Shown in pieces: positions 43,402 to 54,486 of a DNA stretch of 64,000 nucleotides. Each line of letters begins with the position of its first letter. Position 1 is the stretch's first letter. The notes below the pieces were generated by a model that was not told the DNA's origin, made no database searches, and saw nothing but the letters and a program-made list of their open reading frames with translations. Made by a program: the position numbers and the translations under genes. This DNA comes from Gammaproteobacteria bacterium. Lineage in GTDB: Bacteria; Pseudomonadota; Gammaproteobacteria; CAJXQU01. The stretch covers positions 1,312,001 through 1,376,000 of the forward strand of contig CBDEGZ010000003.1 of assembly GCA_965238175.1 (NCBI GenBank), given 5' to 3'.

Positions 43402-44793
43402 ATGTCGAAGCAAACTTCAAAAAAAACAAATGAATTAATCTCTCCACTTTCCGGACTTAGACGTCTTATTGAAACTAATCAAATTGAAGCACCTAGCGAC
43501 GACTTTCTTAACGATAAGTCTGCAGTCTGGTCTCCGCATAATAAGATCATAAACGTTACACCTGGTCCCGCCTTTGGGTCTGAATTGGTTAATCAATTTG
43601 CATCTACCCAAACAAGAGGTATGCGGGGTCCAGGCGCAGCGGGTTTTTTTACAGCAGTTCGCCAAGAATACGGAAAATTAGTAGATATGCCAAAAGGAGG
43701 AATGCCCCTTTTCTTCACCGGCTCTGGGACATCTGCTACCGAGGCTGCTGCAGGCTCTTTGCGTACTCCGGATGAAATGAATTCCGACAAGAAAGTCATC
43801 TTAACTCTGGAGATCGGCAGCTTCAGTACGGCAATGGGCCATTGCGTTGAAAACCTGGGTAGGGGTGTGATTCGCCTAAAAGGTGAAGTTGGTGAAGATC
43901 TGCCGTTTGGTCAGTGCAGAGAAGTCTTAGAAAAAGACATTGAAGGTAACATCAAGATGGTTATGGCTCCGCATAACGAAACGGGCACGGGAGTTACTGC
44001 TAGCATTCAGAAATTACGTGACTTGCTGGATGAACTAAAACATCCTGCACTTCTTGTAATCGACGGCATTTCTTCTATCGCCAGTATGCCATGCTCTATG
44101 GCTAAAATGGGAATCGATATGCTGATTGGATGTAGCCAAAAGGGTTTGATGGCTACGCCAGGTATCGGAATGATTACGCTCAGCCCAAAAGCGGTGCAGA
44201 AAATTCGTGAGTCTGATCAACAGATGAAAGAAGGGGGGCTTAAAAAAGGCGAACACTACCTTAATCTTGCCAAGATGATTGAGGCTATGGAAACCGCTGG
44301 CCTACACTTAGAAACGCCACCAAATTACGCCCAATTAGCCGTGGCTTTGGATACGCTCGCTATCGAGGGCATTGATCGAGTTTGCGAGCGCCATAGAGAT
44401 TGTTCTGAAATCTTCCGTGCCGCCGTACAGGCTGCGGGCTTTGAGCTGGTCGTAAAAGATATCAATACGGCATCTAATGCGGTGACTGCAATCAAAGCAC
44501 CAGAAGGTTATGGAGAGAAAGAAATCCAAGAAGTTCTATGGATAATGTACAACAAGCACGCCGTAGAAGCTGCCGCTATTCCAGGCTATCCAGATCTGGG
44601 CTGGCGTCTTTGCGCTACAGGCGGTATCCAGCCTCAACATGCACTCATGGCTTCAATAGCCTTCTTGAAGTCGGTTGAAGAAGCTGGAATACCGGTTGAT
44701 TATGATAAGGGATTGGTTGCTGCGTCTAAGGTGTATGGAGAGGTTCTCAGGTATCATCGCCCTCTCCCTGGACTTGATATGTACGGAAGATAA
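43402..44793 (+). CDS. PLP-dependent class V aminotransferase (alanine/serine-glyoxylate aminotransferase-like), divergent
   Basis: TPGP, GSGTSATEA, HNETGTGV, IDGISS, CSQKGLMATPG (PLP Lys). Confidence 0.85.
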   Translation: MSKQTSKKTNELISPLSGLRRLIETNQIEAPSDDFLNDKSAVWSPHNKIINVTPGPAFGSELVNQFASTQTRGMRGPGAAGFFTAVRQEYGKLVDMPKGGMPLFFTGSGTSATEAAAGSLRTPDEMNSDKKVILTLEIGSFSTAMGHCVENLGRGVIRLKGEVGEDLPFGQCREVLEKDIEGNIKMVMAPHNETGTGVTASIQKLRDLLDELKHPALLVIDGISSIASMPCSMAKMGIDMLIGCSQKGLMATPGIGMITLSPKAVQKIRESDQQMKEGGLKKGEHYLNLAKMIEAMETAGLHLETPPNYAQLAVALDTLAIEGIDRVCERHRDCSEIFRAAVQAAGFELVVKDINTASNAVTAIKAPEGYGEKEIQEVLWIMYNKHAVEAAAIPGYPDLGWRLCATGGIQPQHALMASIAFLKSVEEAGIPVDYDKGLVAASKVYGEVLRYHRPLPGLDMYGR

Positions 44794-45058
44794 GTCTGTC
44801 AAAATATGAAGAAACTGAAGGAAGGGCACTATTACATTAACTAAAGAAAGTCCTTCCTTCAGCGGCATAATAGTTGGGGTCATTTTGACGCCAATTAATT
44901 TTATAGTTATGCCAGACAATTATTAAATCAAGAACTGCCTATTTTTGCAGATACCACACAAAATCAGTACAAAATTATTAGCGATGATAAAATCAAAATT
45001 CAACTTGAGTAGTCGTTTATTTCCCTGCTTTGATGAAAACTCTATTTAAAGAGATTGA

Positions 45059-45559
45059 TTGAGAAAAATGGCAAAAATGACTTACCCTTGTCCTTGCGCC
45101 AGTGGTAAACTTTATCCTGACTGTTGTGAACTGATGCATAGGGGGAAAATTGACTCACCCAATGCAGAACAAACCATGCGTGCACGTTATACTGCATTTT
45201 GTTATGGTGAAATTGGCTATTTAGTGGATACCACGCATCCCAGAAAACGGCGTATTGGAGATTCATTTTCATTATCCAAACTGATCAAAAAGATCCGTTG
45301 GGTGGGCCTTAAAATTATCGAGTATCAATCTGGGAGTGAAGTCTCTTACGTCGACTTTGTCGCTTTCCGTATTGAACAGGGTCAGTTTGCACAACAACAC
45401 GAGCGTTCAAAATTTGTCTTCGTCAAAGATGAATGGTTTTATTTCGAAGGTGAAGAATTACCCTCAATAAAACTACAACGTAATGAACTTTGTTTTTGTG
45501 GCAGTGGTAAGAAATTTAAAAAATGCCATGGAACTTTGCCTGGTAAGTTGCGGCATTAA
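45059..45559 (+). CDS. ychJ: YchJ-family SEC-C motif protein
   Basis: CPCASGK, MRARYTAF, HERSKF, RNELCFCGSGKKFKKCHG. Confidence 0.85.
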   Translation: MRKMAKMTYPCPCASGKLYPDCCELMHRGKIDSPNAEQTMRARYTAFCYGEIGYLVDTTHPRKRRIGDSFSLSKLIKKIRWVGLKIIEYQSGSEVSYVDFVAFRIEQGQFAQQHERSKFVFVKDEWFYFEGEELPSIKLQRNELCFCGSGKKFKKCHGTLPGKLRH

Positions 45560-45736
45560 ATGGGCAGACTCGATTTGATTTATCAGTAACACCAGCAATT
45601 AAATAGTCAATATGATACTTGACCACTTTATTATTCAATCCTCCCAATCCCTCTTAGTCCTTTAAGAAAATTATAGGGCTTGCTGAGTGACTAACATCAA
45701 TCACTATAGTGATTTACCAATTGCACGATAATAAAA

Positions 45737-46579
45737 CTAATCCCCTGGCATACAACAATGCTTGTAACGCTTTTTACTCCCACAGGGGCAAGCGGCTTTT
45801 TTCCGCGGTTTAATATCATTCGCAATATTCATCACATCCTGTTGATAAATTTTTGATAGCGAAGAGAATAATTGTGGATGCTTATTTTTTAGCATTTTCG
45901 GGCGTTCAAAAAAATATTCAGAAGCAACCGCAAAAAATTCCACTCTATTCGTTGTCGCATAATCCCTTATATTGCTTTTGTTATTATTTATCGCTTTGAT
46001 TTTTTGTTCGACTAACTCAAACCACGGGATAGAAAATGCATATTCTTTTAACCGTTCGGGATAACCATCACATTCGCCATCGGCCATATCGACCAAATGT
46101 ACAAATTCATGAATACCAACATTTTGTTTATCTTTACTATTTTCAAATCCTTGATGAAGTGCTGGTCTACATAGTGCCAGTTTTCCAGCCATTGGCCCTG
46201 TTCCCACCATGCCTGTGATATTAGAATCTGGCTGGCCACATTCGAAATTTGTATTAAAACTGGCAGGTAATAAATAGACTGCATTGAGGTTAAAGTAATG
46301 CCATTTGGAAAAACCCCAAACTGGAATAACTGCACTTGCTGCTACCAAAAGACGGTCTTCATCAGACACTGTGAATTGCCCCACTTCAATTTCTGTTGTC
46401 TGCAAAAATAGTGACACACGTTGTTCAAAAAGTAGCTTGTGTTCTTCACTCAATACGCGATAAAAGGTCACTTTCTCTATCAGAAACCTGGACCATTGTT
46501 GTCGCCATTGAAGTTCTTTGTGTTGTTTTTCTAACCCAAGAAATTTTTGTAGAACTTCTTTGATCCAATTAATCATCAT
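45737..46579 (-). CDS. MtfA/M90-family zinc peptidase with C-terminal SEC-C
   Basis: NVGIHEFVHLVD, YATTNRVEFFAVASEYFFE, CPCGSKKRYKHCC. Confidence 0.85.
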   Translation of the reverse strand: MMINWIKEVLQKFLGLEKQHKELQWRQQWSRFLIEKVTFYRVLSEEHKLLFEQRVSLFLQTTEIEVGQFTVSDEDRLLVAASAVIPVWGFSKWHYFNLNAVYLLPASFNTNFECGQPDSNITGMVGTGPMAGKLALCRPALHQGFENSKDKQNVGIHEFVHLVDMADGECDGYPERLKEYAFSIPWFELVEQKIKAINNNKSNIRDYATTNRVEFFAVASEYFFERPKMLKNKHPQLFSSLSKIYQQDVMNIANDIKPRKKAACPCGSKKRYKHCCMPGD

Positions 46580-46690
46580 TTAATCTCGTAAATTCTCAAA
46601 AAAATATAACAGCTCTTGTTTTATCACTTCGGATTTTAGTAAATGTTATTGTTAAAGTTTTCACAAGTGAAGAGATAAATCAGGTCAGAT

Positions 46691-47953
46691 TGAACCTGCT
46701 ACATTTTAACGGATACATTAAATAGGCGACAATATGCCTTTAGGAGTATCCAAATGACCAGCAACAGAAAACCATACAAAACCTATACCCGAGAATTCAA
46801 ACTAGAAGCGTTACGCTTGATGGAGCAATCAGATAAACCGTCATCTGAGATTGCCGCTGAACTTGGTATACGGCGTAATCAGCTCTATAAATGGAAAGAA
46901 CAACTGACCGACAAAGGTGATACTGCATTCCCAGAACAACGTGGAAGGCCTAAGAAAGAAGCACAAAGTGAACTCACCACCTTACGCCAAGATAATGCAC
47001 GGCTGAAGGAGGAAGTTGAGATATTAAAAAAGGCCGCGGTGTACTTTGCAGGCGAACTCAAGTGAAGTACGCCTTTATTAAAATACAACGTCGCCATCAC
47101 TCTGTGTCGTTATTATGTCGCACCCTGACTGTCTCAGTCAGTGGTTATTATGATTGGTTAGACAGGCCTCAAAGTAAGACACACTCAACGAATCAACGGT
47201 TACTGACGAAAATAAGATGTTTTCATCAAGCTAGTTTTAAGCGTTATGGTTCACCTCGGATACATCGAGACCTACTCGATTCAGGTGAAAAAGTAAGTCG
47301 ACCGCGTGTTGCACGTTTGATGAAGACTGCTGGCATTCAATCGAAGATGGCCAAACGGTTTGTGATTACAACCAATTCAAAAAATACCACAGCACCTGCA
47401 CCCGATAGGCTCAAACGTGAATTTCGTGTCAATGAAACAAATAAAGCCTGGGTAGCTGACACGACCTTTATTCGTACTCGGCAAGGTTGGTTATATTTGG
47501 CTACCATGATGGACTTGTATTCACGGCAAATTATTGGCTGGGCGATGTCTGAGCGTAATGACACCAAGCTAGTCACTGATGCGTTAACGATGTCGCTGTC
47601 ACGCAGAGACAAGGCAAAAGATGTGATTGTCCATTCCGACCAAGGCAGCACTTATGCCTCGGGTGATTATCGAAAGCTCATTAAAGATAATGGCTTCCTT
47701 TGTAGTATGAGCCGAAAAGGTGAATGCCATGATAATGCGGTCGCTGAAAGTTTCTTCGGCAGCCTCAAAACAGAGTTGGTTGATGATGAGGATTATCGAA
47801 CACGTAGCGATGCCAAACAAAGCCTATTTCACTATATTGAAGTGTTTTATAATCGAAGACGGAGGCATTCTTATTTAGGCTATGTTAGCCCTGTAGAATT
47901 TGAGCGGGCAAATGCCCCTTAGTTATTTGCTCCGTTAAAGTGTTGCAACCTCA
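46691..47953 (+). mobile_element. IS3-family element, copy 3, with 3-bp target duplication GAT
   Basis: GAT|TGAACC...CCTCA|GAT; ORFs 46754-47065 and 47062-47922. Confidence 0.96.
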
Positions 47954-48285
47954 GATCATTTTAATATACTCTCTCTACGTTTACCCTTAATAAATTAACA
48001 AATAGTATGTTTAAGAATTACCATGACTCTTATTAAATGTTTCTAATGTTGTCGAAGAATATCCAGTAATGAGTTTAGCAATAGAGGGCGATACTGAATT
48101 TGATCAAGACCATTTTACTTTTTTAAGAACAATAAAAAGCAACCAACTGATTACCATGGATGGAAATGGTAAAAGATTAAAATAGACACTTTAGTTAACC
48201 CAACAATATGAAACATACATTTCAAGTAGAGCAATTTATTTAAAACCAGATATTTTGATGATTTAGAAAAATCAAAATCCGCAGA

Positions 48286-48650
48286 TGAAACCGAAGAACA
48301 ATGTTCGATATGCTATTCTGAATTGATAGTAATTAGTTGTGTGCCCTGTCATGATTGTGGCAATTTTGAACATGAGATTGGACACTTTAAAGAAGGGCTG
48401 CATATTTATAGTTTACAAGGGGCTAGAATTACAGTTATGTAATTTTTTTGCCGTTGATTTTGGTTCATATTGTCCAGAAGCGTTTGGTTTTAATGATCGT
48501 ACTCAAATAGATTATTCTGATCTTGAGGTAGTTAAATTGATTGAGAAACCATTGTTGGAGAAAGATAAATTTTGTCCGCAATGCAAGAGATGGCTGAAGT
48601 GGTTAAGTTTTATAGCAAAAATCGAAGAATTGAAGAAAGAAATTACTTAA
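48286..48650 (+). pseudogene. Decayed copy of the Cys-rich gene 35028-35411
   Basis: Similarity begins ~48218; indels break the frame; C-terminus LEKDKFCPQCKRWLKWLSFIAKIEE matches. Confidence 0.85.
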
Positions 48651-48679
48651 TGTTTGGGCGAAATTAGAGTAAAGCATTT

Positions 48680-48753
48680 AGGGTCAGGTCTAGCTATGAA
48701 TGCACTTTCGAAAAGACTAATATGCTAGATGATTGATAGTTAGACCTGACCCT
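48680..48753. repeat. REP-like element with 18-bp terminal inverted repeats
   Basis: AGGGTCAGGTCTAGCTAT / ATAGTTAGACCTGACCCT (17/18). Confidence 0.75.
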
Positions 48754-48777
48754 TAGTTTTAAAGTTAATTATAAATA

Positions 48778-49371
48778 TTACCTATAATGAGATCCTCCAA
48801 CCCACAATACAAAAGAACGACGAACACCTTTAGTTACTTTTGTTACTCTATGCAGCATATATGAAGGGAAAATAAAGACTGCGCCTTTTGCTTTATTCGC
48901 TGTTATGAAACTATTATCTTCATAATTTCCTCCTGTGAATAATTGTAAATCTCCCCCTTCATATTCACTGGGGTCAGATAATTGAACCGTGATAGAGATT
49001 TTTCGATGTGAAACGCCTTGACCCATATCTTGATGCCAGTGGTAATGACCTTTGTCTGTAGCGTCATATTCTGTATATTGTATTTGATCTTGGATGTGAA
49101 ATAAGTCAAAGTTCCAAAGCTCATCGTTGGCAGTAACAGCCATATCGGATAATTTTTCATATAACCAATACCAGCTATCCTCTTGAGGGATCCATTTAAC
49201 TTTTGAAGAACGAAAATCATCTCCCGCCCCCATAGCTATACCTTTTTGAGCTTCTAAAGATTGAACTCTGGTATGAATTTCATTTAATTCTTCTTTATTA
49301 AAACCTTCTTCATACAAGTAATGATTCTGGGAATCATTTTCCTTTTGGTTAAAGTTTAAACTATTAAACAT
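48778..49371 (-). CDS. 2OG-Fe(II) oxygenase (PKHD/prolyl-hydroxylase-like, phage-type)
   Basis: IQYTEY, YHWHQD, RKISITVQLSDPSEYEGGDL, FPSYMLHRVTKVTKGVRRSFVLWVGG. Confidence 0.9.
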   Translation of the reverse strand: MFNSLNFNQKENDSQNHYLYEEGFNKEELNEIHTRVQSLEAQKGIAMGAGDDFRSSKVKWIPQEDSWYWLYEKLSDMAVTANDELWNFDLFHIQDQIQYTEYDATDKGHYHWHQDMGQGVSHRKISITVQLSDPSEYEGGDLQLFTGGNYEDNSFITANKAKGAVFIFPSYMLHRVTKVTKGVRRSFVLWVGGSHYR

Positions 49372-49554
49372 AATGTTTGTTTTCTAAGACCAACATTTAC
49401 TAAACTTATACCCGCTCTTTGGTGAAGAAAATTAAAGTACCGTTTTCGTTATATTTTCTACACCTCCTAAATCAAACTAAATCGCCAAGAGCTGGTAATA
49501 TTGCAGTATCTATTGTTCCTATTATCCTCCATGAAAGTGTTAAAAAATATGTCC

Positions 49555-49700
49555 TTATAACTTACCCTTTTTACACATTTGCTCTCTAACCTTAGCAGTT
49601 GATATTTCATGTGCCTCAGATGGGTACGCATTCTATTATAACTCCCCTTTCTATAATTAATAGACTCAATATCCGAAGTTTTAATAATGTTAACAATTTA
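49555..49700 (-). pseudogene. Remnant resembling the C-terminus of a cytidylyltransferase-like protein
   Basis: VNIIKTSDIESINYRKG and PSEAHEISTAKVREQMCKKGKL* in broken frames. Confidence 0.4.
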
Positions 49701-49841
49701 GTTTTTAGGAGTTATTCCAGATAATATCATGTGAAGTATTATCTAAAGATGAGGAGAAGCCATTTAAGTTAAGTATAAACAGAATCGATTAAGAGCAGGA
49801 GCACAAGGTCAGGCCTGGTTATTAGCCATCTAGTACTAATA

Positions 49842-51067
49842 TGTAGAAATTCAGATTTGATCTGACAGTTACCCAATTATCAGTAACCGACTGTCAGGTT
49901 AAGTTTAATTCACAAACTTTTCCTTCCAGATAGCTTGTCCGTCGATGAGTGTTTCCATCGGCGTCCTCCCGCAGCACATTTTGCCTTGGTGAGTTCGTTG
50001 AGTATTGTATTTGAGCAACCATTCGTCAAGGTCGAGTTGCAGTTCATCAATCGATTGGTAAATTTTCTTACGCAAAGCGACTTGATAAAACTCATTGAGG
50101 ATCGTCTTATGGAATCGCTCACAAATACCATTCGTCTGAGGTGATTTGACCTTGGTTTTGGTGTGTTCGATATTGTTCAACGCCATATAAAGCTGATAAT
50201 CATGCTGGTCAGCTCGCCCACAATACTCCGTCCCTCTATCTGTCAAAATGCGCAACATAGGCAAACGTTGTTCTTCGTAGAATGGGAGGACGCGGTCATT
50301 GAGCATGTCAGCTGCCGTAATCGGTGTTTTAGTCGGGTACAGTTTCGCGTGAGCGACCTTGCTGTAAGTATCAACAAACGTTTGTTGATAAACCCGACCA
50401 ATGCCTTTGAAAGTACCGACATAGTAAGTATCTTGCGAGCCAAGATAACCAGGGTGTGCCGTCTCTATCTCGCCACAAGCCTCATCGTCGTCTTTTTTGC
50501 GTTCCATCGCCGCGACTTGAGACTCAGTGAGGATCAAGCCTTCACCAGCTACCTTATCAGACAATGCCTTCAGGCGATCTTTAAAGCAAGCAAGACCATG
50601 ACGAAGCCAGATACAACGAACGCCACTGGGTGAGACAAATGTTCCCCGTTTGCGCAGCTCGTTACTGGTGCGCGTTTGACCATGTGCGGGCTCTTCCAGT
50701 GCATACTCGAGCACAACGGTTTCAATAGCCGGGTCGATTCTGTTTTTAAGATTTGGGGTACGCCGATTACGATCAAACAAGGCTTCTACACCGCCTTCAT
50801 CAGCCGCTTCTTTGTAGCGATAAAATGTATCTCTGGACAAACCCATCATCTTGCAGGCTTTTGAGACATTGCCGAGTTCTTCAGCGAGATTGAGTAGACC
50901 AACTTTATGTTTTATAACTTTGTCATTAGTATGAATCATGAGAGTTACCTCTTTGTGTTTTGATGTTTACGTTGCAGTTACATCAAAGCGGGTAACTCTC
51001 ACTAAATCAAGCGTCGCTACGCTCCGCTTGATTTAGTGATGTGTCAGATTGGGTCTAAACTTCTACA
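49842..51067 (-). mobile_element. IS481-family element, copy 3, with 7-bp target duplication ACTAATA
   Basis: ACTAATA at 49835-49841 and 51068-51074; transposase 49905-50939. Confidence 0.96.
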
Positions 51068-51221
51068 ACTAATAGCTGACTCTGAGGGATCCTCACGAAA
51101 TTGGTCTGGATGTTTAACTCCACAGCAGCTCTCCCATGAGTTGCTGTATGCATTCAAATGCCAAGCTCCGATCTGTAGATACCATCTCTCACAACCAATC
51201 GCAAGCTACTATTTTAAGTCA

Positions 51222-51352
51222 CTTGTGATTGATAAAACTGAACAGATTCAATTGTTCTGTTTTTAAATTCCTGAAGAATTGTCTCACCACATTATTATGC
51301 CCAAAACATTTTGTGGGGCAGGCTCTTCCAACAATTACGACGACTCATACTG
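51222..51352 (-). mobile_element. IS3-family integrase-core relic
   Basis: SMSRRNCW and NNVVRQFFRNLKTEQLNLFSFINH fragments. Confidence 0.6.
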
Positions 51353-51403
51353 AAGTCGATGGGAACAAACTCTCCCACTTTATCGAAAATAAACTTCCCT
51401 TAA

Positions 51404-52060
51404 CTAATCCCTTAGACTCATAACTTTCCAACCATGTTTCTTCGCAATTTTTTCTAGTCCAGGATCAGGATCAACAGCAACAGGATTATCGACTTGTTCT
51501 AATAATGGGATATCATTACGAGAGTCACTATAAAACCAACTACCTTCGAATGAATGATCACGATTCTTAAGCCACGCTTCCAAGCGTGTGATTTTGCCTT
51601 CTGCGAAAGAAGGTGTTCCAGCAACATTGCCTGTATACCTGCCATTAATTATTTCGGGCTCGGTCGCAATAAGCTCATCAATTCCAAAGAGTTGAGAGAT
51701 AGGTTCGGTAATAAAACGGTTAGTCGCCGTTATGATCAGTAATTGGTGATTTTGTTGTCGATGGTGATTAACTAGGGCTTGGGCTTTTGGCAGCAAGATA
51801 GGTTTGATCATTTCTTTGAGATAATCTTGCCTCCAGGCGTTTAAAGTTTCCATATTGTTTTTGCCCAAAATTTCCAATTGGAAACTAAGGAAATCCATAA
51901 TGTCCAGGTTACCATTGAGATAATCCTGATAATAATTGGCGTGTCTGCGAGCATGCTCTGCTACATCTACCTTACCTCTTTTACAGAGGTAATCCCCCCA
52001 TAAAGTATCGCTGTCACCACCAATGAGTGTGTTGTCGAGATCGAATATTGCGAGTGTCAT
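51404..52060 (-). CDS. HAD-IB hydrolase (histidinol-phosphatase-like)
   Basis: FDLDNTL, ITAT, FYSDSRND; divergent from rppH. Confidence 0.88.
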   Translation of the reverse strand: MTLAIFDLDNTLIGGDSDTLWGDYLCKRGKVDVAEHARRHANYYQDYLNGNLDIMDFLSFQLEILGKNNMETLNAWRQDYLKEMIKPILLPKAQALVNHHRQQNHQLLIITATNRFITEPISQLFGIDELIATEPEIINGRYTGNVAGTPSFAEGKITRLEAWLKNRDHSFEGSWFYSDSRNDIPLLEQVDNPVAVDPDPGLEKIAKKHGWKVMSLRD

Positions 52061-52098
52061 AAGTTGCCTATTGGCTCAAATTTTGAAAGAATCATCAT

Positions 52099-52596
52099 AT
52101 GATAGATCGTGATGGATTTAGAGCAAATGTTGGTATCATTTTGACAAATGATAACGCAGATGTTTTTTGGGCGCGCCGTGTTGGTGGTTCTGATGCCTGG
52201 CAATTCCCTCAGGGCGGTATCAACCGTGATGAGACGCCAGAAATGGCTATGTATCGCGAATTGAATGAAGAAGTTGGCCTGGATCCAGAACATGTTGAGT
52301 TAGTGGGTTCTACCAAGAAATGGCTGCGCTATCGACTTCCTAAACGTTTTGTACGACATCATCAAAAACCTTTATGTATTGGACAAAAGCAGATCTGGTT
52401 TGTTTTGAAGTTGGTGGCGGATGAAGCTAACGTTGATCTTGGCATGGCCAGTAAACCCGAATTTGATCAGTGGCAGTGGGTTGATTACTGGCGTCCTTTA
52501 GATGAAATTGTCTCGTTTAAAAAGAATGTCTATCGAAAGGCTTTATCTGAGCTCGCACCACTGGTGCTGCCAGAATCAAAATTAGATACGCAATAA
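52099..52596 (+). CDS. rppH: RNA pyrophosphohydrolase
   Basis: [20 protein letters not shown], Nudix box [15 protein letters not shown]. Confidence 0.96.
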   Translation: MIDRDGFRANVGIILTNDNADVFWARRVGGSDAWQFPQGGINRDETPEMAMYRELNEEVGLDPEHVELVGSTKKWLRYRLPKRFVRHHQKPLCIGQKQIWFVLKLVADEANVDLGMASKPEFDQWQWVDYWRPLDEIVSFKKNVYRKALSELAPLVLPESKLDTQ

Positions 52597-52624
52597 TTGT
52601 TCAGGTTTATCTAGTTTAATACTC

Positions 52625-53005
52625 TTACTTTGCTTTCATTTGCATTAGATCAGGAAGTAACTTCTGGGAGCTTTTTTGCGAAGCTTTACGTAAAAAGTAG
52701 CGTCTAAAATCCGGATCGAGATTCATTTTTGCCAGACCATTGTCAATTTCAGTCAAAGTCTTTTTGCAGGTTTCCATTGCAACATCAGCGACTTTTCTGA
52801 AATCTTCATGTTTATCAAGATTTGTCTTTGCCTCTTTTTTAAGACACTGATCATAACTGTCTCGATAAGACATCATTGTCGATGTTTCTTCTGCAGAGAG
52901 GTCTGTCGGGTAGCGATAACTTGTTTCAGCGTCGTCGGCAGCCATGACTTGCAGGCTAATAAAAGAGAGAAGTGTGATTAATAATTTCATAATTTTATTC
53001 CACAA
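52625..53005 (-). CDS. Secreted hypothetical protein
   Basis: Signal peptide, two Cys. Confidence 0.65.
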   Translation of the reverse strand: MWNKIMKLLITLLSFISLQVMAADDAETSYRYPTDLSAEETSTMMSYRDSYDQCLKKEAKTNLDKHEDFRKVADVAMETCKKTLTEIDNGLAKMNLDPDFRRYFLRKASQKSSQKLLPDLMQMKAK

Positions 53006-53414
53006 ATGATACTACTTTAATTTCCCAGGTTTGGTCCTTACCATCTACTTTTGTACAGCCTAATTTCACAGGTTTTCCATCTGCTTCAATCGTACCCATT
53101 GCCAATCCAGCTTGTCTTTTTCCTGCAAACAGGCGGGTGAAACGATACTTAATGGCTTTGTTTGGATGAGTATTTTTAACAACTCTTAGTTTACCTCTAG
53201 CACTTAAAATCTGACATCTACCATCAAGTACAGATTCAAACTCTATGTAATTATCTGGTACCTCTTCTTGTGTAGAGGCTGATCCCTTATCTTCATCACA
53301 GGGGGCGGCTAATGCGTTTAATGAAAATATTCCAGAGACAAAAAATAATATACAAAATGTTTTCGATTTATTTTTCATAATGAGATCATAGTCAATCAAT
53401 GGAAACTTGTACAT
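52995..53414 (-). CDS. Secreted hypothetical protein
   Basis: Signal peptide; DGRCQILS..GKLR, LGCT motifs. Confidence 0.65.
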   Translation of the reverse strand: MYKFPLIDYDLIMKNKSKTFCILFFVSGIFSLNALAAPCDEDKGSASTQEEVPDNYIEFESVLDGRCQILSARGKLRVVKNTHPNKAIKYRFTRLFAGKRQAGLAMGTIEADGKPVKLGCTKVDGKDQTWEIKVVSFVE

Positions 53415-53500
53415 TGTTTAGGTTTAGGTAATCTTCCTGAATTGTATATGGCTATTTGCAAGGTTAAGACAATATTTTTCTAAACGAGTTCATATCCCTG

Positions 53501-54472
53501 TTATGTTGCAGTTGCAAGCAGTGTAGCTCTTCTCGGTGCAGGTAAGCCCTCGCATGTTTTATCAGGATCATCTGGATCTAAAAAATTAGCCAGGGAATGG
53601 TTCGACATCCAATCGGTAGTGCGTTGTTCTTGAGTGTTGGTTTTTGTGACATCGATAAGCTGAATATTTTTATAGCCACATCGTTTTAGCCAGGTTTCGA
53701 GTGTCAGACAAGTGGGTAGAAACCAGACATTACGCATTTGGGCATAACGATCTTCAGGTAATAATATTTGTCCTTCTTCTCCTTCAATGACCAGCGTTTC
53801 TAAAATCAGTTCTCCTCCGGGTTTTAAACATCCGAGGAGATCATAAAGATGATCAATAGGCGAGCGACGATGATATAAAATTCCCATCGAAAAAACGCTG
53901 TCGAATATTTTTGACTTTGGTGGGAGATCTTCAATCCCTAGTGGTAAAACATCGACAGGAATATCTCCAACAAAATGCTTGAGCACCTGAAATTGCATAA
54001 CGCTTAACATGCCAGGATCAATTCCGATAACGCGTTTTGCTCCTGAACCAAGCATTCGAAGACAGTGATAACCGCTACCACAGCCGACATCTAGTACTAA
54101 CTTGTTTTCTAGTGGCCGTATATGCTGAGACAATCGATCCCATTTCCAATCTGATCGCCATTCTGTGTCAATATGAATTCCAAAAAGATCGTAGGGACCT
54201 TTTCGCCAAGGAATGAAATTGCGTAATAATTCTTCGAGGTTTGTATCGATACTTTCTAGATCCTTCGTTCTACCAATTTGGACTGTTGCAGTATCAAAAT
54301 TGATGTTTGACGGTTTGATGTTTGGAAGCTGATCTAAAGTTTCATACCAGCCAGCCAGATGTCCATGCGAAGATGGAGCGAGTTTTTGATCGATTAATCC
54401 AGATAAGACTTGCGTCCATTCGTCCAGAGATAAATTTTCAAGGTACTGATAAAAAGAATTAAAAGTGATCAT
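53501..54472 (-). CDS. cmoB: tRNA U34 carboxymethyltransferase
   Basis: PWRKGP, IDTEWRSDWKW, VFSMGILYHRRSP. Confidence 0.96.
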   Translation of the reverse strand: MITFNSFYQYLENLSLDEWTQVLSGLIDQKLAPSSHGHLAGWYETLDQLPNIKPSNINFDTATVQIGRTKDLESIDTNLEELLRNFIPWRKGPYDLFGIHIDTEWRSDWKWDRLSQHIRPLENKLVLDVGCGSGYHCLRMLGSGAKRVIGIDPGMLSVMQFQVLKHFVGDIPVDVLPLGIEDLPPKSKIFDSVFSMGILYHRRSPIDHLYDLLGCLKPGGELILETLVIEGEEGQILLPEDRYAQMRNVWFLPTCLTLETWLKRCGYKNIQLIDVTKTNTQEQRTTDWMSNHSLANFLDPDDPDKTCEGLPAPRRATLLATAT

Positions 54473-54486
54473 AAGTTATTTGTTGG

